Assembly: GCA_038198775.1 (NCBI GenBank)
Contig: JBBPZV010000043.1
Span: forward strand, 54,405-118,404
Source: Propionibacteriales bacterium
GTDB taxonomy: Bacteria; Actinomycetota; Actinomycetes; Propionibacteriales; Nocardioidaceae
Reading direction: 5' to 3'
Length of the DNA stretch: 64,000 nt
Position 1 is the stretch's first letter; every line of letters starts with the position of its first letter. The translations under genes and the position numbers were made by a program. Below the pieces are notes generated by a model. The model was not told where the DNA came from. It saw only the letters and a program-made list of their open reading frames with translations, and ran no database searches. Shown in pieces: positions 27,697 through 35,969 of this stretch.

Positions 27697-28130
27697 CCCA
27701 GCGGGGTCGGTTCCCCGCCGCCGAGGTTGTCCCCGGAGGCCCCCGCCTCGGCGACCTCCGGCGGGCCCTGCGTCGCCAGCTCCGGCTGGCCCGGCTTGCC
27801 GTGGGTGGCGTGCGTACGCCCGAACGTGCGGTGGTGCACGATCACGTTTCCCGAGCTGTGCTCGAGGTCGTTGTCGGTACCGAAGCCGAAGTAGTTGTGC
27901 TCCAGCTTCGACGACGCATAGACCCACCGCCGCTGGTCACGGCTGAACGGGCGCTCCTCGTCGTGGCCGGCCACGATGTACTGCCGCAGCTCCGGACCGA
28001 CCGCCTCCAGCAGGTAGCGGCCGTGCCCGATGATCGGGAAGTTCCGCAAGATCGCGTGCCGGCGTTGGGCGACGTCGTGGGCGGCCACGGCGGCGAGCGC
28101 CGCTACCGGGGCACCCCACAGCTTCTTCAC
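27693..28130 (-). pseudogene. N-terminal remnant of an FMN-binding glutamate-synthase-family protein
   Basis: HAILRNFPIIGHGRYLLEAVGPELRQYIVAGHDEERPFSRDQRRWVYASSKLEHNYFGFGTDND matches the N-terminus of this family. Family members are usually about 500 aa (from memory), but this ORF stops at 145 aa with an unrelated tail. Confidence 0.45.
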
Positions 28131-28156
28131 CGCGTCAGTCTGCCCGGTCGGCCCGC

Positions 28157-29578
28157 TCAGCGCAGCAGCGGAGCGTCGACCATCGCCCAGACCAGCCCGG
28201 ACCCGAGGCCAACGAGCAAGGCCGCCGCGGCAGCGACCAGGGCGGCCGCCTCCGCGTACGGCCGCGAGGCCCCGCTCGTCGCGCCGGCCCCGGACGGCGA
28301 GGACATGCCGAACGCCGGCCCCAGCCAGCGCAGGTAGTAGAACAGGCTGGCCACGGTGTTCACCGCCGCGACCACCGTCAGCCAGGGCAGGCCGCCGTCC
28401 CAGGCAGCCGCGAACGTCGTCAGCTTGCCGACGAACACCCCGGCCGGCGGCGTCCCCACCAGTCCCAGCAGGCTGACCAGCAGTGCCCCGGCCAGCCAGG
28501 GTCGACAGCTGCTCAGCCGCTCGTACGAAGCGAGGCTGCGCCGCTCCGGCAGCGCCGCCACGACTGCAAAGGCCGCCAGGTTCGTGGCGGCGTAGGCGGC
28601 CAGGTACAGCAGCAGCGCCGGGAGGGCGAGGTCGCTGCGGCCGGCGACCGCAACCGGCAACAACAGGTAACCGACCTGGCTGACCGTGGACCAGCCGAGC
28701 AGCCGGCGCGCGTCGGTCTGGGCGAAGGCGGCCAGGTTGCCCAGCGTCATGCTGGCCGCGGCCAGCAGCGCCATCAGCAGCGGCCAGTCGACGCTGGGAG
28801 GCAGGGCGTCCAGCAACCGGTAGGCCGCCACCAGAGCACCGATCTTGGGCACGGTGGTGAGGAAGGCGGCAACGGTGGTGCTCGCCGCCTGCGCGGCGTC
28901 GGGGACCCAGAAGTGCGCGGGCACCCCGCCGGCCTTGAACATCAGCCCCGCCACGACCGCGACGCCGCCGGTCGCCAGCGCAGCCGGCGGCTGGGCGGCC
29001 AGCTGCGTCGCCAGCTGCGAGTAGGCGGTGGCGCCCGCCAGCCCGGAGAGCACGCTCACCCCAAGCAGCATCGTGATGCCGAACAGCGCCCCGAGCAGGT
29101 AGGTCTTGAGCGCCGCCTCGGCGGCCGCCGCCGAACGCTCCAGCCCGACCAGCGCATAGAGCGGGATGCTGCCGAGCAGGTAGCCGACCGCCAGGATCAG
29201 CAGGTCGTTCGCTCCGGCCATCACCACCGCCCCCAACCCCGACAGCAGCAGCAGCGCGTACGTCTCGCTCTCCCGCGCCCGCCCGGCCAGCTCGTCGCCG
29301 CCCAGCCAGATCACCAGCAGCGTGGAGCCGATGACCAGCAGCCGGGCCGCCGTGGTCGCGGTGTCGGCCGCGTAGGTGCCGTCGAAGCCCAGCCGGTCAC
29401 CCCCGCCCGCCGGAACGGCCGCGATGCCAGCCGCCACCGCCAGGGCTGCCACCGCGATCAGGCGCGCCACGTACTGCCTACGCCGCGGCAGGAACGACCC
29501 GCTCAACAGCGCCGCCACCGCGCCGAGGAGGATCGCCGCCTCCGGCAGCAGCACCGCCGGCGCCATCGCGGTCCGCAC
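28157..29578 (-). CDS. nuoN: NuoN-like antiporter-type subunit of the complex-I-like module
   Basis: 473 aa polytopic protein. FKAGGVPAHFWVPDA ... STVSQVGYLL. Confidence 0.8.
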   Translation of the reverse strand: MRTAMAPAVLLPEAAILLGAVAALLSGSFLPRRRQYVARLIAVAALAVAAGIAAVPAGGGDRLGFDGTYAADTATTAARLLVIGSTLLVIWLGGDELAGRARESETYALLLLSGLGAVVMAGANDLLILAVGYLLGSIPLYALVGLERSAAAAEAALKTYLLGALFGITMLLGVSVLSGLAGATAYSQLATQLAAQPPAALATGGVAVVAGLMFKAGGVPAHFWVPDAAQAASTTVAAFLTTVPKIGALVAAYRLLDALPPSVDWPLLMALLAAASMTLGNLAAFAQTDARRLLGWSTVSQVGYLLLPVAVAGRSDLALPALLLYLAAYAATNLAAFAVVAALPERRSLASYERLSSCRPWLAGALLVSLLGLVGTPPAGVFVGKLTTFAAAWDGGLPWLTVVAAVNTVASLFYYLRWLGPAFGMSSPSGAGATSGASRPYAEAAALVAAAAALLVGLGSGLVWAMVDAPLLR

Positions 29579-29584
29579 GCGCGG

Positions 29585-31075
29585 CTACCGCCCCACCTGG
29601 TGCACGAGCGTGGCCGCCGCTGGCTCGATGATCCCCAGCAGTGGCCGCGGCAGCACACCGATGAACACCACCAGGGCCAGCAGCAACCCGGTCGACCAGG
29701 TCTCGGCCGGCGAGATGTCGACGAAGCCGGCGGACTGCCGGCGCAACGGCCCGGTGAACACCCGCTGCAGCGCCCGCAAGAACAGCGCCGCCGTCACCAC
29801 GATGCCCGGAAGTGCCACGGCCACCACCGGGGCGGCACCGATCCCCCCGGTGAAGATCTGGAACTCGGCGATGAAGCCGCTGAACGCCGGCAGGCCCAGC
29901 GAGGCGAACGCGGCCACGCCGAAGAAGGTGGCGTAGCGGGGCGCCACCTGCGCCAACCCTCCGTACCCGTCGATCTGGTAGCTGCGGTGCCGCTCCTGCA
30001 TCACCCCGGCGAGCAGGAACAGTGCTCCGGTGATCAGCCCGTGGCTGACCATCTGGGTGACCGCCCCCGTCACGGCGAGCTGCCGCGCCGCGGTGGTGTC
30101 CGGGGCGACGACTCCGGCCGCGCCGACCGCGAGCACGACGTATCCCATGTGGTTGACCGAGGTGTAGGCGATCATCCGCTTCAGGTCGCGTTGCGCGAGC
30201 GCCACCAGCGCGCCGTACAGCACCGAGACGATGCCGACCGCTATCAGCACCCAGGCCCAGGCACGCCAGGAGTCCGGCAGCATGGGCATCGCGATCCGGA
30301 CGAAGCCGTAGGTCCCCATCTTCAGCAGCACCCCGGCCAGCACCGCCGACCCGACCGCCGGGGCGTCGGTGTGCGCCGGCGGGAGCCAGGTGTGGAACGG
30401 GACCGTCGGTGTCTTCACGGCGAGCCCGAGCAGCAGTGCCGCAAGCACCAGCCCGCCGACCAACGGGCTGTCTCGCAGCGGCGGGTTCCGGGTCAGCGTC
30501 ACCATGTCGAACGTGTGCGGTGCCGCGGCGAGGTAGAGGCCGATGAAGCCGAGCAGCAGCGCCAGCGAGCCGAGGAAGGTGTAGAGGAAGAACTTCAGCG
30601 CCGAGCGGGCCGCGTCGCCGTGGCCCCAACCGGCGATGACGAAGTACATGCCGACGATCGACAGGTCGAAGAACACGAAGAACACCAGCAGGTCCTGCGC
30701 CGCGAACAGCCCGAGGCAGGTGGTCTGCAAGAACAAGTTCAGGGCCGCCTGCTGGCGCGGTCGCCGCTGTTCCCGCAATGCGTACACCGCACAGGCGACG
30801 AACACCACCCCGGTGAGCGCAAGCAGCGGCAGCGACAGCCCGTCCACGCCGACGTGGTAGCTGCTGCCGACGCTCGGGATCCAGCGCAGCTGCTCCTCGT
30901 ACGCCAGGCCGGGCCGGTCCGCGGTCGCGTACCGCACCCACACGTAGCCCAGCAGGCCGAGGTCCGCGGCCGTGACGGCGACCCAGGTCCAGCGGGCGGT
31001 GGCGTCCCCGATCCGCGGCACGGCCACGAGCGGCAGCGCGGCCGCCAGCGGCAGGAACACCACCAGGCTGAGCAC
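29585..31075 (-). CDS. nuoM: NuoM-like antiporter-type subunit
   Basis: 496 aa. VDGLSLPLLALT..., VKTPTVPFHTWLPPAHTDAP, AYTSVNHMGYV. Confidence 0.85.
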   Translation of the reverse strand: MLSLVVFLPLAAALPLVAVPRIGDATARWTWVAVTAADLGLLGYVWVRYATADRPGLAYEEQLRWIPSVGSSYHVGVDGLSLPLLALTGVVFVACAVYALREQRRPRQQAALNLFLQTTCLGLFAAQDLLVFFVFFDLSIVGMYFVIAGWGHGDAARSALKFFLYTFLGSLALLLGFIGLYLAAAPHTFDMVTLTRNPPLRDSPLVGGLVLAALLLGLAVKTPTVPFHTWLPPAHTDAPAVGSAVLAGVLLKMGTYGFVRIAMPMLPDSWRAWAWVLIAVGIVSVLYGALVALAQRDLKRMIAYTSVNHMGYVVLAVGAAGVVAPDTTAARQLAVTGAVTQMVSHGLITGALFLLAGVMQERHRSYQIDGYGGLAQVAPRYATFFGVAAFASLGLPAFSGFIAEFQIFTGGIGAAPVVAVALPGIVVTAALFLRALQRVFTGPLRRQSAGFVDISPAETWSTGLLLALVVFIGVLPRPLLGIIEPAAATLVHQVGR

Positions 31076-31076
31076 C

Positions 31077-32855
31077 TCAGCTCACCAGCCACAAGACGGC
31101 GACGGCGACGACCAGCACCGCCACCGCTTGGGTGTAGTACTGGTGCAGCTGTCCGGTCTGGGGGCGGCGGGCCAGCGCCGCCAGCGCTCGGGTGCCGCGC
31201 CCGAGCGCCGAGACCGCGCCGTCGACGACCCGGTCGTCGGCCAAGGCTGCGGTGTCGGCGAAGCGCAGTGTGGAGCCGGAGATGGCGACGACCCCGCCGT
31301 CGACCCAGCGGTCGTCGAACCGCGCCAACGCCGCCGCCAGGCCGAGCACCGGGTTCACGACCACGGCGTTCGCCGCTCGCTCCAGCCCCAGCCAGTGCCG
31401 GGCCCAGTCGGGCTCGGGGACGCCCCAGCGGTGGACCGCGGCCAACGTGCCCAGCGCGATGACCGCGGCGACTGCCAGCCCGACCGGGTCGGCGGTGGCC
31501 AGCGGTGGCAGTGCCAGCACTCCCAGGGTCGCCGCCCCGGTTGCGAGCACGGCGATGGGCACCGTACGCCCGGCACCGACCCGGTCCGCGCCGGCTGGCC
31601 GGGCGTCGTCACCCCACAGTACGAACAGCGCCTTGCCCGCATAGGCCGCCGAGAGCAGCGACGCCACGAGCCCGGCGGCATAGAGCGGGGCGGAGAACTC
31701 CCGGGCCGCGGAGAGCACGCCCTCCTTGGTGGCCCACAGGGACAGCGGAGGGGCGCCGGCCAACGCCAGCGCGGCGACGCCGAAGGCGACCCCGACCAGC
31801 GGCCACCGCCGGGCGGCGCCGCGCAGCGCGACCAGCCGCTTGGTCCCCAGGGCGGAAAGCCAAGCACCGGCGGCCAGGAACAGCGCGGCCTTCGTGGCCG
31901 CGTGAGCGACCAGCTGGGCGGTGCCTCCGGTGACCGCACCCACCCCGGCGGCAAGCACGACGAACCCGAGCTGCGCCGACGTGGACGCCGCCAGCAGCTG
32001 CTTGAGGTCCCGCTGCCCGACCGCGACCGCACCCAGCGCCACGGCGGTGAGCGCACCGGCCCAGGCGACCGTCACGTCCGCCCATCGCGTGCTGGCCAGC
32101 AGCGGCTGCACGCGCAACAGCAGGTAGCCGCCCATCGCGACCATGGCGGCCGAGTGCAGCAACGCGCTGACCGCGCTCGGCCCCTCCATGGCCCGCGACA
32201 GCCAGTAGCTGAACGGCAGCTGGGCCGCCTTGCCGAGTGCCGCCACCACGACACCGGCGCAGACGACGTCCCGCCACCCCGGGCTCGCCGCTGCCAGGCC
32301 GCTCAGATCCAGGCCGCTACCGCCGGCCAGCGCCGCACCCGCGGCCAGATACAGCCCGAGGTCCGCGGTCCGGGTGGTGAGGAACGCGACCGCGCCCGCG
32401 CCGACGCGCTCCTCGGACTGCCACTCGAAGCCGATCAGCGCGTACGACGTCGCTCCCATGACCTCCCAGGCGACCAGCAGGGCCGGCAGCGTGGTAGCGG
32501 TGGCGGTGAGCGTCACCGCCGCGGCGAAGATCAGCATCAAACCGTGGAAACGTGCCGGTGACCTGGCTATGTCGGCCGCGGCGAAGACCAGAACCAGTAG
32601 CGTGACCGCGGCGATCGTCGGCAGCACGGCGGCCGAGAGTGCGTCGACGCCCAGCCCGAACCCTGCCTGCGGAAGGAACGGCATCGACACCGCCGGCCGG
32701 GTCAGCGCCGCGCCGACTGCCAGGCCCAGGCCGACGGCTGCCGTCGCGAGCGACAGCGACCGCGCGACCCGGTCGGCGGCCGCGCCGCAAAGTGCCAGCC
32801 CCGCGCCCACCAGGGCGGGGAGCAGCACCAACAGCCCCAGGACCGCCGCGCTCAT
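31077..32855 (-). CDS. nuoL: NuoL-like antiporter-type subunit
   Basis: ATGA overlap with the nuoK stop. GKAAQLPFSYWLSRAMEGPSAVSALLHSAAMVAMG. The ORF-track 51-codon extension was rejected. Confidence 0.85.
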   Translation of the reverse strand: MSAAVLGLLVLLPALVGAGLALCGAAADRVARSLSLATAAVGLGLAVGAALTRPAVSMPFLPQAGFGLGVDALSAAVLPTIAAVTLLVLVFAAADIARSPARFHGLMLIFAAAVTLTATATTLPALLVAWEVMGATSYALIGFEWQSEERVGAGAVAFLTTRTADLGLYLAAGAALAGGSGLDLSGLAAASPGWRDVVCAGVVVAALGKAAQLPFSYWLSRAMEGPSAVSALLHSAAMVAMGGYLLLRVQPLLASTRWADVTVAWAGALTAVALGAVAVGQRDLKQLLAASTSAQLGFVVLAAGVGAVTGGTAQLVAHAATKAALFLAAGAWLSALGTKRLVALRGAARRWPLVGVAFGVAALALAGAPPLSLWATKEGVLSAAREFSAPLYAAGLVASLLSAAYAGKALFVLWGDDARPAGADRVGAGRTVPIAVLATGAATLGVLALPPLATADPVGLAVAAVIALGTLAAVHRWGVPEPDWARHWLGLERAANAVVVNPVLGLAAALARFDDRWVDGGVVAISGSTLRFADTAALADDRVVDGAVSALGRGTRALAALARRPQTGQLHQYYTQAVAVLVVAVAVLWLVS

Positions 32856-33154
32856 CCGGCCAGGTCCGCGGCCATGTCGGTCATGTCGGCGCCGCGGGAT
32901 CGATGCAGCAGCGTCGCCACCGCGAAGCCCATCGCCATCTCCACGGTCATCGCCGAGATCACTACCAGCAGCAGCACCTGACCGTCCGGGGACGGCGCCA
33001 GGAACCACCAGAAACCACCGGCGGCGAGGATCACGCCGTTGAGCATCAGCTCCAGACCCATCATCACCATCACGACGACCTGCTGGGACAGCGCGCCGTA
33101 GATGCCGACGGCGAACAGCGCCGCGGCCACGAGTAGGACCGTCTGCAACGTCAC
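32852..33154 (-). CDS. nuoK: NuoK-like subunit
   Basis: 100 aa with 3 TMS. GLELMLNGVIL...VVISAMTVEMAMGFA. GTGA overlap with the nuoJ stop. Confidence 0.8.
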   Translation of the reverse strand: MTLQTVLLVAAALFAVGIYGALSQQVVVMVMMGLELMLNGVILAAGGFWWFLAPSPDGQVLLLVVISAMTVEMAMGFAVATLLHRSRGADMTDMAADLAG

Positions 33155-33723
33155 CGGTTCACCCCTCCCGGCGCTGGGTCGTCCGCCGGCCGGCGACTCA
33201 GGTCGTCACCGAAGCGGTCGTAGCGGCCGCGAGCCGACGCCAGCACCACGGCCGCCACCAAGGTGGCGAACAGCACCGGGCTGACCGTGAGCATCACCAG
33301 CATCTTGGAGCCCATGATGGCGTTGCCGAGGGCTGTGGTGACGTCCACCGGGGGCGCTCCACGACGTGCCGGCCAGGGCACGAGCAGCGCCAATGCGGCG
33401 AGGCCGACGAACGTCGTGGCGGCGACGCCGGCCGCCCACCGGGGGGAGTGCACCATGTTCATCGGCATCAGGGCGGGGTTCATCCCCATGTACATGACCA
33501 TGAAGACGGCCATGATCGCCATCTCCATCACCATCATCAGGACGGTCACGATGCCGACGTACTCCAGGCCGAGCAGCAGCAACGCCAGCCCCACGGCGAC
33601 GAACGACACGGCCAGGGCGTACGTGGCCCGGGCCATCGAGTCGACCCGGAAGACCAGGGCACCGAAGCCGACAGCCGCCACCGACAGGACCCAGAACGCG
33701 ACGTCCACGAACACCGCGCTCAT
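33151..33723 (-). CDS. nuoJ: NuoJ-like subunit
   Basis: ATG at 33723 in an ATGA overlap with the nuoH stop. MSAVFVDVAFWVLSVAAVGFGALVF...YVGIVTVLMM. The first 239 codons of the ORF-track entry overlap nuoH and were rejected. Confidence 0.75.
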   Translation of the reverse strand: MSAVFVDVAFWVLSVAAVGFGALVFRVDSMARATYALAVSFVAVGLALLLLGLEYVGIVTVLMMVMEMAIMAVFMVMYMGMNPALMPMNMVHSPRWAAGVAATTFVGLAALALLVPWPARRGAPPVDVTTALGNAIMGSKMLVMLTVSPVLFATLVAAVVLASARGRYDRFGDDLSRRPADDPAPGGVNR

Positions 33724-34622
33724 CTGGCCACCGCGAGCACGGCAACCACCAGGACCTGCACCAGCACCAGCGGCAACAGCACCAGCCAGCCGACCTCCGC
33801 AAGGCGGTCCGCGCGCACCGACGGCGCGTGCCGGCGCGCTGCCACCAGGACCGCGAGCAGCGCCAGCGTCTTTGTCAGCGACCACGCCCACGCGGGCAGC
33901 AGCGGCCCGTTGCCGCCACCGAGGAACAGCGTGGCCCCGAACGCGGCACCGGCGGCGAGCAGCGCGTAACGCCCGGCCAGCACCAGCAGCCGGTCCACCC
34001 CGGAGAGCTCCTCCAGGACGCCGCCGGCCACGTCGCTCCCGGCCGGGTGCCCGAGCGGACCCCAGACGGAGAAGGCGACGACGCCGGTCAGGAACACCAG
34101 GAGGGCCACCGGCATCGAGACCACGAACCACAGCGGTTGCTGGGCGCGGACCACGTCGGCGATCCGCAGGCTGCCGGCCGCGACGGCCGGGGTGGTGATC
34201 GCGAACATCAGCGGCAGCTCGTACGACAGCGCCTGGGCGAGGAAGCGATAGCCGCCGACCAGCGAGTGCACGCTGTTCGGCCCCCAGCCGGCCAGCCAGA
34301 CCATCGCCCAGACCACGACGTCCATGGCGTTGAACCACACCACCCCCACGGAGAGGTCGGCCACCGTCCACCGCCCGAGCGGGACCACGACCACCATCAG
34401 CAGTGCGACCACCAGCAGGCCGGCCCCGCCGATGCGCCACAGCGGCCGGTCGGCGGCGACGGTGCGGCGCCGGCGCTGCCGCACCAACCGAGCCACCTCG
34501 ACCAGCGGTGAGCAGCGCGCCGCCAGCACGCCGTCCAACCCGGCGCCTGCCCCGGCGACCGCGAACAGCACCAGCGCGGCCACCACAACCCAGCCCACAC
34601 CCACCTGGCCGACCTCACCCAT
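33720..34622 (-). CDS. nuoH: NuoH-like subunit (divergent)
   Basis: GWGPNSVHSLVGGYRFLAQALSYELPLMF ... TLFLGG ... RRHAPSVRADRL resembles NuoH/ND1, but several normally acidic loop positions differ. Confidence 0.7.
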   Translation of the reverse strand: MGEVGQVGVGWVVVAALVLFAVAGAGAGLDGVLAARCSPLVEVARLVRQRRRRTVAADRPLWRIGGAGLLVVALLMVVVVPLGRWTVADLSVGVVWFNAMDVVVWAMVWLAGWGPNSVHSLVGGYRFLAQALSYELPLMFAITTPAVAAGSLRIADVVRAQQPLWFVVSMPVALLVFLTGVVAFSVWGPLGHPAGSDVAGGVLEELSGVDRLLVLAGRYALLAAGAAFGATLFLGGGNGPLLPAWAWSLTKTLALLAVLVAARRHAPSVRADRLAEVGWLVLLPLVLVQVLVVAVLAVAR

Positions 34623-35628
34623 GCGCGGACTCCCGAACCGAGACGACGGAGTCCGGCTCGTGCGCGGCCACGACCAGCCGGGCGGCGCCCAGGTCAAGAC
34701 CGGCCACCAGGTCGGGCAGTGTCTCGGTCACCGAACCGGGCGGCGCGACCCTGGGATCGGTCTCCCGCTCGCCGCGGGCAGCGGCCGCGGCTTCGGCCAA
34801 CCACCGCACCAGACGCCGGTGGACATCCCCCGGGGGCAGGTCCCGCAGCAGCCAGCGCAGCGAGACCGACCGCTCGACCCTGCGCCGCAGCCGGTCGAGG
34901 CGGGATGCGCAGTCCGACATCGGTGCACCGGTCAGCAGCTGGTCCCTGACGTGCCGCGCCGAGTCGGCGGCCGCGTCCCAACCTGCGACCGCCAGCAGCC
35001 GGTAGCTGGCGTCGCACCGCATCACCGCTCGGCGGCGGTCCCCGGCCGGTGCTCCCGTGGGGTCCTCCGGTTCCGCCGCCGGCAGCATCCGAGCCTGCGC
35101 CGCCACGACGACGTCGCCCTGGAGCCGGCAGTCGAGCCGAAGCCCCGCCGGCCAGTGCGGCAGCACCGGCCCCAGCGGGACGTGCAGCACGTCGAGGTCG
35201 ACGCCGTCACGGTCTGGCCCCTCGCCGGCCAGCTGGATACCGGCCGGGGTCATCTCGTCCTCGTCGGCCGCGTTCACCGCGTACGACGTGCGGCTGCGGG
35301 CGTCCCGGCGCTGCGACCCGGCGTCGAGCAGCTCCGCGGCCAGGGAGTCCAGCAACGCGTCCGCGTTCGCCGGCGTCGTGAGCACCCCGCGGGCACGCGG
35401 ACCCGGGAGCTGCGCCCACACCCGGTCGGCGGCGCCCCGCAGCTCCGCTCCCGGCCGCCCGCAGACGACGAGGGCGTCGGCGTCGGCCGCTGACCTCGCC
35501 AGCCGCCAGGAACGGGCGAAGACCGCTTGTTCCAGCGACATCCGCACCGTGGGCCACTCCGGGACCGCGACGACCAGCAGGTGGACGCCTCGTACCGCGA
35601 GCCGTCCGACTGCCTCGCTCAGGCCCAT
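34615..35628 (-). CDS. Hypothetical protein. By-eye resemblance to a Cys-less NuoB-like N-terminal half fused to a truncated NuoD-like segment.
   Basis: Occupies the nuoB/C/D slot between nuoA and nuoH, with overlaps on both sides. ADALVVCGRPGAELRGAADRVWAQLPGPRARGVLTTPANADA resembles the NuoB core. LGPVLPHWPAGLRLDCRLQGDVVVAA resembles the NuoD N-terminal motif. Confidence 0.4.
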   Translation of the reverse strand: MGLSEAVGRLAVRGVHLLVVAVPEWPTVRMSLEQAVFARSWRLARSAADADALVVCGRPGAELRGAADRVWAQLPGPRARGVLTTPANADALLDSLAAELLDAGSQRRDARSRTSYAVNAADEDEMTPAGIQLAGEGPDRDGVDLDVLHVPLGPVLPHWPAGLRLDCRLQGDVVVAAQARMLPAAEPEDPTGAPAGDRRRAVMRCDASYRLLAVAGWDAAADSARHVRDQLLTGAPMSDCASRLDRLRRRVERSVSLRWLLRDLPPGDVHRRLVRWLAEAAAAARGERETDPRVAPPGSVTETLPDLVAGLDLGAARLVVAAHEPDSVVSVRESAHG

Positions 35629-35969
35629 CGCAACGCGCCCTCGCGCCATGCCCACACCACCGCGAGCATCAGCAGACCGAGGAACCCGAACATCTCCACG
35701 ACGGCCTCGGCTCCCACGTCGGCGACCACGACCGCCCAGGGGTACATGAACAGCATCTCGACGTCGAAGGCCAAGAAGACCAGCGAAAGCAGATACCAAC
35801 GAGCGTGGTAGCGCGACAGGGCGTGTTCGGTGGGCTCGTTGCCGGACAGGAACGGGAGGACCTCCAGCGGCTCCCGGTGGACACCGAGCACGAGGCCGGT
35901 CGCGTAGACGCCTCCGACCGCCCCGACTCCGACGCCGAGCATCGACAACAGCCCGAGGTAGGCCTCCAT
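35619..35969 (-). CDS. nuoA: NuoA-like subunit
   Basis: 116 aa. FLSGNEPTEHALSRYHARWYLLSLVFLAFDVEMLFMYPWA. Its ATG shares one nucleotide with the copA TGA (TGATG). Confidence 0.85.
   Translation of the reverse strand: MEAYLGLLSMLGVGVGAVGGVYATGLVLGVHREPLEVLPFLSGNEPTEHALSRYHARWYLLSLVFLAFDVEMLFMYPWAVVVADVGAEAVVEMFGFLGLLMLAVVWAWREGALRWA

Noticed and set aside
33151-34440. The 429-aa ORF-track entry taken as a single protein. The same question arises for 35969..38791 (940 aa), 31077..33008 (643 aa), 13185..15311 (708 aa), 41447..42931 (494 aa) and 39756..41630 (624 aa).
   Set aside because: The N-terminal extensions overlap the confident upstream genes and are low-complexity. Internal ATG/GTG starts sit in ATGA/GTGA/TGATG junctions with the upstream stop codons and restore family-typical lengths.
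28157-35969. Calling the Nuo-like genes an Mrp (Mnh/Pha) Na+/H+ antiporter operon.
   Set aside because: NuoA-, NuoH- and NuoJ-like subunits are present alongside NuoK/L/M/N-like ones, and I saw no MrpE/F/G-like small subunits. The set matches a complex-I membrane arm rather than Mrp.
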